A stretch of DNA of 64,000 nucleotides from Chloroflexota bacterium (GTDB lineage Bacteria; Chloroflexota; UBA6077; SHYK01). Location: positions 438,359 through 502,358 of the forward strand of contig SHYK01000001.1 in the NCBI GenBank assembly GCA_009692845.1. The letters run 5' to 3'. Positions 17,893 through 27,398 of this stretch are shown here, one piece after another. The position numbers and the translations under genes were made by a program. Position 1 is the stretch's first letter. The number at the start of each line of letters is the position of its first letter. The notes under the pieces are model-generated. The model made no database searches. It worked only from the letters and a program-made list of their open reading frames with translations, and was not told the origin of the DNA.

Positions 17893-18576
17893 CTAGGAGA
17901 GCGGGAGCTCCGCGAGATCCCGGCAGGCGGGGCAGACGCCTTCGATCAGCTTGCGGTCCATCCTGGGCAAGCGAGCACCGGCGGCGGTCAGTACGCGAAA
18001 GACTTCTGGAAGGGGCAACCCGACTACCGATAGGAAACAACCGTCGAGCCGTTCGGCCGGCCGAAAGGTCGGATGCTGGATGGCATAAGCGCCCGCTTTG
18101 TCGAAGGGGTCACCCGACGCAACATAAGCTTCGACTTCAGCGTCGCTGTAATTGCGCATCCAGACCTCGGTAATGCCGGATTGAACCCAGGTCGCAGGAA
18201 GTCCGCCGGAATCGACCCGGGCAGCGGCGACCGCGGTGATGACGTGGTGCGAGCGATTCCGAAGCCGGTGCAGCATGGCTGTGGCAGCGGTGGAGGACGC
18301 CGGTTTCCCGAGGGGCTCGCCGTCCAGAGCAACGACCGTGTCAGCGCCGAGAGCAACATCCCCCGGGAACTGACGGGCGGCGAACTGCGCTTTTTCCCGG
18401 GCTAGCCGTTCAGCGAGGGCCCGGGGAGTCTCGCCGGGCTGGGGCCGCTCGTCGAGCTCGCACGGAAAAGCAAGATAGGGCAAGCCAAGCCGGCTAAGGA
18501 TCTGTTGCCGACGGGGAGAGGCTGAACCGAGAATGAGGCGAAGGTTAGCCCTCGCCGCGACAGAGCTCGCAGTCAC
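17893..18576 (-). CDS. maf: Maf-like nucleoside triphosphate pyrophosphatase
   Basis: The frame is ORF 17893..18699. Motifs seen are LILGSASPRRQQIL, GADTVVALDG, KAGAYAIQ and VVGLPL. The 18577-18699 extension is Trp/Arg-rich and looks non-coding, so in-frame GTG 18576 is the tentative start. Confidence 0.8.
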   Translation of the reverse strand: MTASSVAARANLRLILGSASPRRQQILSRLGLPYLAFPCELDERPQPGETPRALAERLAREKAQFAARQFPGDVALGADTVVALDGEPLGKPASSTAATAMLHRLRNRSHHVITAVAAARVDSGGLPATWVQSGITEVWMRNYSDAEVEAYVASGDPFDKAGAYAIQHPTFRPAERLDGCFLSVVGLPLPEVFRVLTAAGARLPRMDRKLIEGVCPACRDLAELPLS

Positions 18577-18772
18577 ATCCGCAGGCGGGATCGCCGGCAG
18601 ATTGTAGACTGGCACGTGCCCATTCAACCACGATTCTGCCCGCCAGTCGCTCCGGCAGCCCCCCGTCAACCATTGACTGGTAGAAGCCGGCAATCTCACG
18701 CGCTCGGCGCGAGAGCTCCGTCACTACCTGGTCATGCTGGGAGATTGACCCGAGCTCGTATGTGTCCACCAT
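18545..18772 (-). CDS. small hypothetical protein with a C-terminal CGCDCELC motif
   Basis: This is the frame of ORF 18545..18805. GGGAGG lies immediately upstream of ATG 18772 / GTG 18769. The third-position GC bias looks coding-like. It sits between the amidase and maf genes on the same strand. Confidence 0.4.
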   Translation of the reverse strand: MVDTYELGSISQHDQVVTELSRRAREIAGFYQSMVDGGLPERLAGRIVVEWARASLQSAGDPACGCDCELCRGEG

Positions 18773-18955
18773 GGCCTCCCCAGATCTCGATGGCGGGCCA
18801 TTCATCGGGCGAAATGCGTCGAATCTTGGCTCCCCTAAAGGGTAGCGTAGAGGGCCCTCCGGGTGCTAGCCGTTGGGGCTGCCCCGTGGTTAATGACAAA
18901 GCCGGGCGAGTCGCGGGATCGATAAATCAGGCATGGAGCGGCTGCTGATGTCCCT

Positions 18956-19810
18956 TCAGCCGGTGAGAAATTCGACCGCTGCCTCGAAATAGGCTTCGGC
19001 AATCGCATTGAGGACATCCGTATTTTTGAGTAGCTCTGCTTCCCGATCACTGGTGATATAGAGCGACTCACCGACCACGCCCGGCATCTGCGAGACCCGC
19101 GCCACTCGGGGCGTCTGGGGGCCGACCAGGAATAGGTGGCCGAAGGGTTTGCCGAGGCCGGCATCGTCGTGAAAACCGGCATTCACGGCCTGGAGATATC
19201 CGATGTCGCGAAGATGGGATAGCAGAGATGTTTGGACCAGAGCGGCCAGGCGAAGGCTTTCGGCGCCCGACGGATGGTCGATGGAGTACCACGTACTCGT
19301 CCCTCGCACACTCGGACTGGTGGATCCATTGTTATGGATCGAGAAGAGTAGCGCAGCGCCCGCCGCGTTGGCGATATCGACCCGCGCCTGGAGGTCGTCA
19401 TCGTTATCGATCCGGCCATCGCCGTTCCGGTCGGAGGGTGGCACGTTGACGTCGCTGTCGTCAGCTCGGGTGAGCGCGGTGCGGAAGCCGTGGTCGCGGA
19501 GCAGCGCATCGAGCCGCAGAGCAATTTCCAGGTTCACGTCCTTTTCCAGCAGATCCACCCGGCCGTTGGCCTGCCGATGCACGGCGCCCGGCTCGCGCCC
19601 TCCGTGCCCCGGGTCGATGGCGATCAGGGGGGACCGCTCGCGGTCAGCCGATGACAGGTTGGCTGATTGAAGGTCGACGTCCAGCGAGACGGGCAGCGTA
19701 GGGTCTGATGGCTCCTGAGCCAGCGACGATGACGGGCCGGAGATGGTGAGCAGCCAGCAGGTGAGGAGTGAGATTACCCGGAAGTCTTCATTGCTCATAA
19801 GAAGTCGCAA
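18956..19810 (-). CDS. N-acetylmuramoyl-L-alanine amidase (Amidase_3)
   Basis: 284 aa with a signal peptide. Motifs seen are IAIDPGHGGREPGA, EKDVNLEIALRL and LLFSIHNNG. It contains an inserted DRNGDGRIDNDD loop. Confidence 0.85.
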   Translation of the reverse strand: MRLLMSNEDFRVISLLTCWLLTISGPSSSLAQEPSDPTLPVSLDVDLQSANLSSADRERSPLIAIDPGHGGREPGAVHRQANGRVDLLEKDVNLEIALRLDALLRDHGFRTALTRADDSDVNVPPSDRNGDGRIDNDDDLQARVDIANAAGAALLFSIHNNGSTSPSVRGTSTWYSIDHPSGAESLRLAALVQTSLLSHLRDIGYLQAVNAGFHDDAGLGKPFGHLFLVGPQTPRVARVSQMPGVVGESLYITSDREAELLKNTDVLNAIAEAYFEAAVEFLTG

Positions 19811-19879
19811 TTTCAGAGCTATACTCGACTTCAGATTTTTGGCGGCGCGATCCGCCCTAGCTCAGTAGAGGAGGCGCAA

Positions 19880-20881
19880 ATGTCGAAAGAGCAGCGTCCC
19901 GGCACAGTCTATTGGATCGATCACTATGTAGTGCCGGTCAGCGATATCGCGAGGTGGAGCGACTTCTATACGAATGCCCTGGGGGCCAAGCCGCAGGTTC
20001 GGGAAGCGCGGCCGGATCGCCCGGCTGGCGGTGGTGGTGGTGGCGGACTTTTGTTCACCTACGTCGGCGAGTGCCATGTCGGTGGCGCGAAAGCGGAAGG
20101 CCTGACCCCGGGCACCGGGAGCCCGCGCTACTCCTGGTTCATTCGGCCCGAAGAGGTCGAGTTGCACCTCCGCCGCCTGGACGCGCACCAGATCGCACAT
20201 TCGGGCGCGATTCGCACGAGCGACGAAGGTGAGCCTGGGACCGCGATTCGGTTTGCCGATCCGGATGGCAATCAGCTCGCGCTGTGGGCGCCGGCCCGCC
20301 TTCCGGACGGTGCCATGGCCAACGAAACCACGGCGAAAGTGGGGCGGATCGCAGGTGCACTCCTGGAAGCGCGGGATCTGGGAAAGACGGCTGACTTTTA
20401 CAGCACCTACTGCGGAGTGGACCCGTTGCCGAGCGGGGATGTGGAGCGAGATACCGTGGTCTTCCCACTGGCCGCCGGCGGCCGTCTCGCCTTCAAGAAA
20501 GTCGACTCGCTCGGCAACCGGACCGCCGGGCACGCGGTGTACCGGGCCCTCCATCAGGCGTTAGTGATCCGCGATGAAGACTTTCTGCCTGCCCTGGAGC
20601 ACATGTACCGCGACCTGCCCGAATGGGACCACGATCCGAGCGCCATCGGCACCGTTAGCGTCGACGAATCCGCCTCGCTTCCGGCTCGAACCGGCATCCA
20701 CGGAAATCCGATCGGACCCGAGTGGAAGAAGGCATTTGGGCGGGGTGATAGCTTCTACGATTGGGACGAGAACACCTTCCACTTTGTGAACGCGAACCCG
20801 AAGCAGGGGAGCTCGATGGCGACCTACGAGAGTGTGTCTCAGCGTACCTACGTCGACCAGAGGCTTGCCGCCCGGGGCTAG
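19880..20881 (+). CDS. VOC (glyoxalase/dioxygenase-fold) family protein
   Basis: 333 aa with a GAGGAGG SD 5 nt before the ATG. IDHYVVPVSDIARWSDFYTNALGA and IRFADPDGNQLALW are VOC-like beta-alpha-beta-beta-beta modules, and a second module follows. The specific function is unknown. Confidence 0.55.
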   Translation: MSKEQRPGTVYWIDHYVVPVSDIARWSDFYTNALGAKPQVREARPDRPAGGGGGGGLLFTYVGECHVGGAKAEGLTPGTGSPRYSWFIRPEEVELHLRRLDAHQIAHSGAIRTSDEGEPGTAIRFADPDGNQLALWAPARLPDGAMANETTAKVGRIAGALLEARDLGKTADFYSTYCGVDPLPSGDVERDTVVFPLAAGGRLAFKKVDSLGNRTAGHAVYRALHQALVIRDEDFLPALEHMYRDLPEWDHDPSAIGTVSVDESASLPARTGIHGNPIGPEWKKAFGRGDSFYDWDENTFHFVNANPKQGSSMATYESVSQRTYVDQRLAARG

Positions 20882-20895
20882 AGCTCCGGGCCAAC

Positions 20896-22185
20896 TCACC
20901 TGAGGGTTAGTGTCGTTACCGACTCGATGTGATAGGTCTGCGGAAACATGTCGAGGGGCTCGACGCTCTGAATCTGATAACCGCCCGCACAGAGGGCCTT
21001 GCAATCTCTGGCCAGGGTGGCTGGGTCACAAGACACGTAGACGACCTTCGGAGCCTGGCGGTCGAGCAGCGCCTGGATAACTGGCGGCGCGCATCCGACT
21101 CGCGCCGGATCCAGCACCACGGCGTCGACTCGCTCCTCGGCCAGCCCGGGCAGCACTTGCTCGGTTTTGCCGAGCTCAAACCGGACGTTGGCAAGGTCGG
21201 CGGTGTTGGCTCGCGCGTCGAGCACCGCTGCTGACGACTCTTCGATGCCGATCGCGGTACCCACGTGGGGGGCAATGAGCGCCGTGAGCGTTCCGACTCC
21301 GCTGTAGGCATCGACGACCGTTTGGTCGGGTTGAGGATCGAGCCGATCCAGAACGAGCAGGGCGAGCAGATCGGCGATGGACACGGGAACCGAGCGGTTG
21401 GGAGCCCATCTCGCCGAGATGCTGTCCGGGATGTCCCGCAGCTCCCGCTTCGTGTTCACCTGGAAGAATGAGGCGGCGGCGACGCGAAAGCGCCGGTCGA
21501 GCACCTCTTCCTCCAGGTGGGTTTGGCCGGACTCCAGCTCGGGAATCATGGGAAGGGCGGGACTGATCATCAGCGATCCGGTGTTGGCCCCGACCCGCAC
21601 CGCGATTTGATGGGAGCGGAGACCGGCACAGCGGCGCTGAATGGTCGCCAACACCGCATTGATGGAGGGATGAGCGATGGGGCAGTGATCGACTCGCAGC
21701 AGTCGGTGGCTGTTTCGATAGGTATAGCCGAGGTCGCCCCAGTTGCGGCCGAGGCTGAAGCGAATGTGGTTGCGGTACTCCCACGGTTCAACCATTCCGA
21801 TTGCGGGGCGCACCAATAGTTCCGCGGAGGCGAAACCGCCGATCCGAACCAGCTGATCGATCACCACCTGCCGTTTCATCGCGAGCTGCAAGGTGTAGGT
21901 TGCGTGCTGCCACTGGCACCCCCCGCATTCCCCAAAGTGCGGGCAAGGGGGCGTAACCCTTTCGTCGGCCGGACGAAGTACTTCGAGGATCTGAGCCGAG
22001 GCATAGTCGCGCTTGCGGCTCACGATCTCGATCCGAGCCCGCTCGCCGGGGAGACCGAAAGGAACGAAGACCACCTCGCCTTCGATGCGCCCCAACGTGT
22101 CGCCGCCGAAGGCAACGTCGGTAAGCTCGATTTCAGGAGTGTCGGGCGGAGGGGGGGAGTCCATTGCAGGCATATGGTAAGGCAC
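20896..22185 (-). CDS. 23S rRNA (uracil-5)-methyltransferase, RlmD/RumA family
   Basis: 429 aa. It has an N-terminal TRAM-like segment, the Fe-S cysteines CPHFGECGGCQWQH, the SAM motif VVDAYSGVGT, and a C-terminal VYVSCDPATLARD. Confidence 0.85.
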   Translation of the reverse strand: MPYHMPAMDSPPPPDTPEIELTDVAFGGDTLGRIEGEVVFVPFGLPGERARIEIVSRKRDYASAQILEVLRPADERVTPPCPHFGECGGCQWQHATYTLQLAMKRQVVIDQLVRIGGFASAELLVRPAIGMVEPWEYRNHIRFSLGRNWGDLGYTYRNSHRLLRVDHCPIAHPSINAVLATIQRRCAGLRSHQIAVRVGANTGSLMISPALPMIPELESGQTHLEEEVLDRRFRVAAASFFQVNTKRELRDIPDSISARWAPNRSVPVSIADLLALLVLDRLDPQPDQTVVDAYSGVGTLTALIAPHVGTAIGIEESSAAVLDARANTADLANVRFELGKTEQVLPGLAEERVDAVVLDPARVGCAPPVIQALLDRQAPKVVYVSCDPATLARDCKALCAGGYQIQSVEPLDMFPQTYHIESVTTLTLR

Positions 22186-22289
22186 CGACGCCGTGCATTC
22201 TGATCCGGTGGATTGGCGGGACGCTTCTGAGGGCGAAAATGGGCTCCCCTGTGATACGCTGACGCCATCCAGGATGCAGGGGGGAAGCC

Positions 22290-23603
22290 GTGCTGAGCAA
22301 GGAAGAAAATGAGCTGCTCACCCGGGTCGGACCGGGCACGATGATGGGCGATGTGATGCGCCAGTACTGGCTGCCGTTCCTCTATTCCTGGGAGATTCCT
22401 GCTGATGGCCCGCCCCTGCGGGTGCGGCTGCTAGGCGAAGACCTACTCGCCTTTCGCGATTCGGCCGGTGCCATTGGGCTGTTGGCCGAACGGTGCGCCC
22501 ACCGAGGGGCCGCGCTTTTCTTCGGCCGCAACGAGGAATGCGGGCTGCGCTGCGTTTACCACGGGTGGAAGTATGACACCCAGGGCCGTTGTATCGACAT
22601 GCCCAACGAGCCAGCCGAGAGCAGCTTCAAAGAGCGCATCCTGCTCCAGGCATATCAGGCACGGGAACGTGGCGGAGTTGTCTTCGCTTATCTGGGTCCC
22701 AAGCAATCCGATCCGCCGGCCCTGCCCGATCTGGAATGGACCCTCCTGCCTGAAGCCCAGGTGCACCACGGCTACAAGGCCGTTCTGGAGTGCAATTGGA
22801 TGCAATCGTTGGAGGGTGATCTCGACTCCGCCCACCTGTTCATCCTCCATGGCCGGCTTCGGGCTGATGACCAGGGGGCGATGGGTGTCTGGCACCCGGA
22901 CCGCTCGCCTAGGCTGGAGATCCAGGAGACCGGCTACGGCTTGATGTATGGAGCGCGACGGGATGAACCCGATGGCCGGGTCTACTGGCGGACCAGCCAG
23001 TATCTCTTTCCCGTCCACACCATCTTCCCCGCCTCGCCAGACGGCACGGTTCCCTGCCATATCTGGGTGCCGATCGACGATGAGCACACCCTGGCCTGGG
23101 ACGTTCGCTGGCATCCGACCCGCGAGATGCCGAACCACCAGATGACGCACCTTTCACCCGAGCTCGCCGGAATGGGGCCCATGAAGCCGGAGCAGAAGGG
23201 GCGGTTCTTCGCCGATTGGTGGCCCGAGATCGACCAATGGAGCGACTTCGCAATCGACCGTGAGATCCAGCGCACCCAGACCTATACCGGGATTCCCACG
23301 ATCCGGCTGCAAGATGCCGCGGTGACCACCAGTATGGGAGCGATCTTCGATCGGTCTCAGGAGCGGCTCGGTACCACCGATGCCATGATCGTCCGTAGCC
23401 GCCAACGATTGCTGCAGGCCGCTCGAGAGCTGCGAGAGTCGAGCATCCCGCCCCCGGGCGCCGACCGACCAGAGCTATTTCGAGTTCGGTCATGCTCGGC
23501 GGTGCTGCCGGCCGGGGTGGACTGGCGAGTGGCCTTGGACGACTGGCACCGAGCCCGGACCAATGAGCTGATGGTGGAGCAGACGGCCGAAGCTGGGCGC
23601 TGA
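22290..23603 (+). CDS. Rieske [2Fe-2S] oxygenase, alpha-subunit type
   Basis: 437 aa. The Rieske motif is CAHRGAALFFG...CVYHGWKY, and the mononuclear-iron region has DSAHLFILHG. No reductase or ferredoxin gene is adjacent. Confidence 0.85.
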   Translation: MLSKEENELLTRVGPGTMMGDVMRQYWLPFLYSWEIPADGPPLRVRLLGEDLLAFRDSAGAIGLLAERCAHRGAALFFGRNEECGLRCVYHGWKYDTQGRCIDMPNEPAESSFKERILLQAYQARERGGVVFAYLGPKQSDPPALPDLEWTLLPEAQVHHGYKAVLECNWMQSLEGDLDSAHLFILHGRLRADDQGAMGVWHPDRSPRLEIQETGYGLMYGARRDEPDGRVYWRTSQYLFPVHTIFPASPDGTVPCHIWVPIDDEHTLAWDVRWHPTREMPNHQMTHLSPELAGMGPMKPEQKGRFFADWWPEIDQWSDFAIDREIQRTQTYTGIPTIRLQDAAVTTSMGAIFDRSQERLGTTDAMIVRSRQRLLQAARELRESSIPPPGADRPELFRVRSCSAVLPAGVDWRVALDDWHRARTNELMVEQTAEAGR

Positions 23604-23643
23604 GGTTCCGGCGCCGAGCTGAGAATCTGAAAAGCTCGCCTCT

Positions 23644-23664
23644 GGCCGAGCGGCCGCTCGGTTT
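23644..23664 (+). terminator. candidate terminator after the Rieske gene
   Basis: GGCCGAGCGGCCGCTCGG is a GC-rich palindrome followed by TTT. The U-tract is short. Confidence 0.4.
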
Positions 23665-23735
23665 CGCCGGGGGAAAGGTGGTGCTCAACGTAATCCACCG
23701 AGGGCCACGACGGTTCGAAACGGGCCCCAGTGAGC

Positions 23736-23764
23736 TTGCTAGTGTGAAACCGGCCACATATACT
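23736..23764 (+). promoter_or_regulatory. sigma70-like promoter TTGCTA-N17-TATACT
   Basis: TTGCTA (23736-23741), a 17-nt spacer, then TATACT (23759-23764). The downstream ATG at 23775 would leave only a ~3-4 nt leader. Confidence 0.5.
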
Positions 23765-23774
23765 GCCGTCTTGT

Positions 23775-24665
23775 ATGCGTCCCATGGCGGTTTGGGCGGG
23801 CCGACCTGGTCCCCTGACCTACCCCCAAGCGATCCCGATCGCCGATTATCGGCGGAAGCAGCTCCTCGGCAGTTCTCTGCCGTGGCTGGCGCTCCTGCTG
23901 GCCGCCTTCGCCATCTACGCAGCGGCAGCCAGCCCGTGGTCCCGTCCGCAATGGACGAGCGAGATCGGAACGGCCGTGGCCCCCGCCGAGGTCCGGCGAG
24001 AAGCTGCGCTAGCCTCGCCGTCGAGCGAGATCGTCGCGGCTATTGACTCGGTCGAGCCGATCGTGTCCCCGGCCCCGGTCGAAGCGACCGCCGCGATCCG
24101 CTTCCTGGCTCAGGGTCAGGCCACAGTAGGAGGTTTGGCGGGGACGGCCCTCACGAACGCCTTGATCTCGATTGCATTCGTAGACGGAACGGTGATCCAG
24201 CCTGGAGCACAGTTCTCATTTGATGAAGTCGCCCGGACCTGGGATTACCGAGAGGACCCTCGTTACTATTGGAGCTTCGGGACGTCCCGCTACGGGCTCA
24301 TCCCCATGCGCGGCGGAGGGGTCTGCTGGGTCAGCACCGCGTTGTGGCGGGCGGCCCTTTGGGCGGGCCTCCCCACTGACTTCCGGGAGAATCACAGCGG
24401 CGTCGTGGATACGCTGGGGATTGGGACCGACGCGACCAACACCTTGGTGATTCGCAATGATTCGACCGTGCCGATCACGGTTCGGGCCTGGCTGGATGAT
24501 TCGGATGTCAACGTTGCGCTGATCTCGAGCGAGTCGATCGGTCGCACCGCCCGGGTGCGGGGTCCCGAACGGCTCGGCCCGGGCCGGTACGTGCTTAACC
24601 AGGACATCACTTGGGCGGACGGAACCAAGACGACGTCGTCTTTCTATAGCGGCTACTACTGGTAG
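23775..24665 (+). CDS. VanW-family protein (second paralog)
   Basis: 296 aa with a TM anchor. The VanW core is FSFDEVARTW...GGGVCWVSTALWRAALWAGL...ENH. Confidence 0.75.
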   Translation: MRPMAVWAGRPGPLTYPQAIPIADYRRKQLLGSSLPWLALLLAAFAIYAAAASPWSRPQWTSEIGTAVAPAEVRREAALASPSSEIVAAIDSVEPIVSPAPVEATAAIRFLAQGQATVGGLAGTALTNALISIAFVDGTVIQPGAQFSFDEVARTWDYREDPRYYWSFGTSRYGLIPMRGGGVCWVSTALWRAALWAGLPTDFRENHSGVVDTLGIGTDATNTLVIRNDSTVPITVRAWLDDSDVNVALISSESIGRTARVRGPERLGPGRYVLNQDITWADGTKTTSSFYSGYYW

Positions 24666-24960
24666 TCGACGCTATAGAGAGAGTGGAGCACGGCCTCAGC
24701 CGCACCTCCGAACTCCGGTGTAGTCGTCCACCGGGGTGCCCGGTGCTCGCCCAATCTGTCGACTTCGGGTGTGTCGACCATTCGATGCCGAGCATCTGGG
24801 CAGATATTCGCGAAGGGGTTGCGCGCGACGTCTGTCAGGCGCCCGGCGGCTACGCCCTGGGGAGCGACGCGAGGACGCGGCTTCGGGTCCAGTTGGGCTG
24901 ACTTGGCCTGTAACTGGTGGCCCACCCCCGTCGGCCGTAGAATTTGGCTGCCCGCGACGT

Positions 24961-25048
24961 GGAGAGGTCGCCTAGAGGCCTAGGGCGCTCGTCTGGAAAG
25001 CGAGTAAGCGGTGACGCTTCGTGGGTTCGAATCCCACCCTCTCCGCCA
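24961..25048 (+). tRNA. tRNA-Ser (anticodon GGA), long variable arm, CCA encoded
   Basis: Acceptor GGAGAGG/CCTCTCC, anticodon loop CTGGAAA, variable arm TAAGCGGTGACGCTTCG, T-loop GGTTCGAATCC, ending GCCA. Confidence 0.95.
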
Positions 25049-25096
25049 ATTTTCTCTTTGTCGCCTCGCAGGGCTGAATTTTCGGACTGGTAGGCT

Positions 25097-25594
25097 TTGG
25101 GCGAACCCGTGATATCCCATCAACTGAACGCCGACGCTGTCGGACGTCTGCTCACCGAGCGAGGTGAAACGATTGCCGTCGCCGAGTCGTCCGCCGGCGG
25201 ATTGATCTCGGCCGCTTTGCTTTCGGTCGCGGGGGCTTCGGCCTATTTTCGGGGTGGGGTGGTCACCTACACAGGGGTTTCGCGAGTGGCCTTGCTGGGC
25301 ATTTCGGACGAAATGATGGAAGGAATACGGGCGAGCACCGAGCAATACGCGTTGCTGCTGGCCCGCGCGGTGCGCGAATTGCTAGGGACCACCTGGGGTC
25401 TCGCGGAGACGGGGGCGACCGGGCCGACTGGCAACCGTTACGGAGATGCGGCGGGCCACGCGTGCTTTGCCGTGGCCGGACCTGTGGAGCTTGCGATCAT
25501 GCTCGAGACGGGCGCAAACCAGCGTGAGCGGAACATGACAGCATTCGCCGAGGGTGCCCTCAATCTGCTCCAGTCAGCCCTCCGAACGGCCTGA
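25097..25594 (+). CDS. CinA C-terminal-domain / PncC-type nicotinamide-nucleotide amidohydrolase
   Basis: 165 aa. IAVAESSAGGLISAALLSVAGASAYFRGGVVTY is the CinA_C signature. The start codon is uncertain (TTG 25097 or GTG 25109). Confidence 0.8.
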   Translation: MGEPVISHQLNADAVGRLLTERGETIAVAESSAGGLISAALLSVAGASAYFRGGVVTYTGVSRVALLGISDEMMEGIRASTEQYALLLARAVRELLGTTWGLAETGATGPTGNRYGDAAGHACFAVAGPVELAIMLETGANQRERNMTAFAEGALNLLQSALRTA

Positions 25595-25677
25595 TTGGCT
25601 GCCAGCGGTCGGAACGGGCTGTACTTCTGGGGAATACGAGAGGTCTGGCTTAGCAGCCAGATTGGTCTCTTGACAGC

Positions 25678-27372
25678 ATGAACCGAGTCGCTTGGAATCG
25701 GATGAGCACGGCCCTGGTGGTGCTGGTCGCGGCGGCCTGCTCTGCAGCTGTGCCGAGCGGACTCGAAACGACGGCCGTGACCCCCGTCGCCTCTAGCCAG
25801 ACGATAGGGCCTTCGGCGACCGCGGGTCCCACCATATCTTTGCCGGACGTTGGTCCAGCCAGCTCGTTGGCGGCCGCCGCGGCCAACATCGCGCCACTCG
25901 CCAGGGTCACGGTTTTGGACCAGCCTGATGCTGCCAGGAACGCGGTGGACGGTAACGGCGGTACTCAGTGGACGTCAGGACGGGTCGCGCCCGGATGGTT
26001 CGCGCTGAGCTATGACCAGCCGTACCAGGTCGAACGAATCGAGATGGTGGTCGCCCAATCGCCACCGGGGAACACCATCCACGAGATCTGGCTGGGCAAT
26101 GGACCAGACCTTCAGTTCCTCACCCGGTTGGCCGGGAACACCAGTGATGGCCAGACGCTGCTCGCGCCGGTTAGCCCCCCGCAGCTGGTTACGCGAGTTC
26201 TGATTCGCACGTCCACGAGCCCTAGTTTTGTCGGGTGGCGGGAAGTGCGAGTGTTTGGGGCGAGCGCCCCCCAGCCACCCGGAGCTAGCCTGAAGCTCAC
26301 GCCGTTCTTGACCGGCGGCCGCATTGACCACCCGACCAACATCACCCACGCGGGTGATGGCAGTGGGCGGATCTTCATCAATCAGCAGGAGGGGCGCGTC
26401 TGGGTGGTGAATGCCAATGGCGAGCGACGCAGCCAGCCCTTCCTCGAGATTCCGGAGCGGGTTGGCTGTTGCAATGAACGCGCTCTGCTCGGACTCGCCT
26501 TCCCGCCAGGCTATGCACAGAAGCGCTACTTCTACGTCAGCTACACGAGCACGGCGCGGCCCGACCTCCGGATTGCTCTCGGCGACGACGTCATCTCTCG
26601 ATTCCGGCTGGCCGCGGATGCAGATGCCGGTAACCCACGAAGCGAAGAGATTATTCTGGTAATCCCCCAGGCATCGGATGCGCACCACGGCGGCAAGATG
26701 GAGTTTGGTCGGGATGGTTACCTTTACGTCACCGTTGGCGACGGGGGACCAGGTGGCGGGGCCGAGGGACGGGCTCAACGGACGGACAATTTACAGGGCA
26801 AGCTCCTTCGCATCGATGTCGAGGCGGGACAGACCCCTTATGCGATACCGTCGAGCAACCCGTTCGTGGGGAGAGACGGATACCGGCCGGAGATCTGGTC
26901 CCTGGGGCTCCGCAATCCCTGGGGTATGACCATAGATCTGCCCACTGGCAATCTCTACATTGCCGATGCCGGTGAGAACGAGTGGGAAGAGATCGATGTC
27001 CAGCGAAGGGGCGACGCGGGCGGCGAGAACTACGGATGGCCGCGAATGGAAGGCAGGCACTGCTACCCACAGGAAGGGTGCGATATGTCCGGACTGACCT
27101 TGCCTGTGACCGAGTATCACCATTTGGAGGGCTGTGCGGAGATCGGCGGGGCGGTGGCGCGGGGTTCCCGCTACCGGCAGCTCCAAGGGTGGTACCTATA
27201 CGGCGATTTCTGCAGTGGGCGAATCTGGGGGCTTCGTGAGGAAGACGGCCGGTGGATTGTTTCCGTAGTGGGAGAACCCGGCTTCCCGATAAGCTCGATG
27301 GGGCGCGACGAGGCGGGAAACCTCTACGTAGCGGACTATGCCCACGGTGCCATTTACCTGATCGGCGAGTAG
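25678..27372 (+). CDS. PQQ-dependent sugar dehydrogenase (SGDH beta-propeller) with N-terminal discoidin-like domain; probable lipoprotein
   Basis: 564 aa. NAVDGNGGTQWTS is F5/8-type-C-like. HHGGKMEFGRDGYLYVTVGDGG, LGLRNPWGM and GENYGWPRMEG are SGDH motifs. MSTALVVLVAAAC from ATG 25702 looks like a lipoprotein signal peptide. Confidence 0.85.
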   Translation: MNRVAWNRMSTALVVLVAAACSAAVPSGLETTAVTPVASSQTIGPSATAGPTISLPDVGPASSLAAAAANIAPLARVTVLDQPDAARNAVDGNGGTQWTSGRVAPGWFALSYDQPYQVERIEMVVAQSPPGNTIHEIWLGNGPDLQFLTRLAGNTSDGQTLLAPVSPPQLVTRVLIRTSTSPSFVGWREVRVFGASAPQPPGASLKLTPFLTGGRIDHPTNITHAGDGSGRIFINQQEGRVWVVNANGERRSQPFLEIPERVGCCNERALLGLAFPPGYAQKRYFYVSYTSTARPDLRIALGDDVISRFRLAADADAGNPRSEEIILVIPQASDAHHGGKMEFGRDGYLYVTVGDGGPGGGAEGRAQRTDNLQGKLLRIDVEAGQTPYAIPSSNPFVGRDGYRPEIWSLGLRNPWGMTIDLPTGNLYIADAGENEWEEIDVQRRGDAGGENYGWPRMEGRHCYPQEGCDMSGLTLPVTEYHHLEGCAEIGGAVARGSRYRQLQGWYLYGDFCSGRIWGLREEDGRWIVSVVGEPGFPISSMGRDEAGNLYVADYAHGAIYLIGE

Positions 27373-27398
27373 AACCGGCCACGGTGGCCGATTGGTAG

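Noticed and set aside
20027-20047. A (GGT)n run encoding seven consecutive glycines in the VOC-family protein.
   Set aside because: It is an in-frame short simple repeat in a probable loop. I saw no evidence of phase variation or regulatory function.
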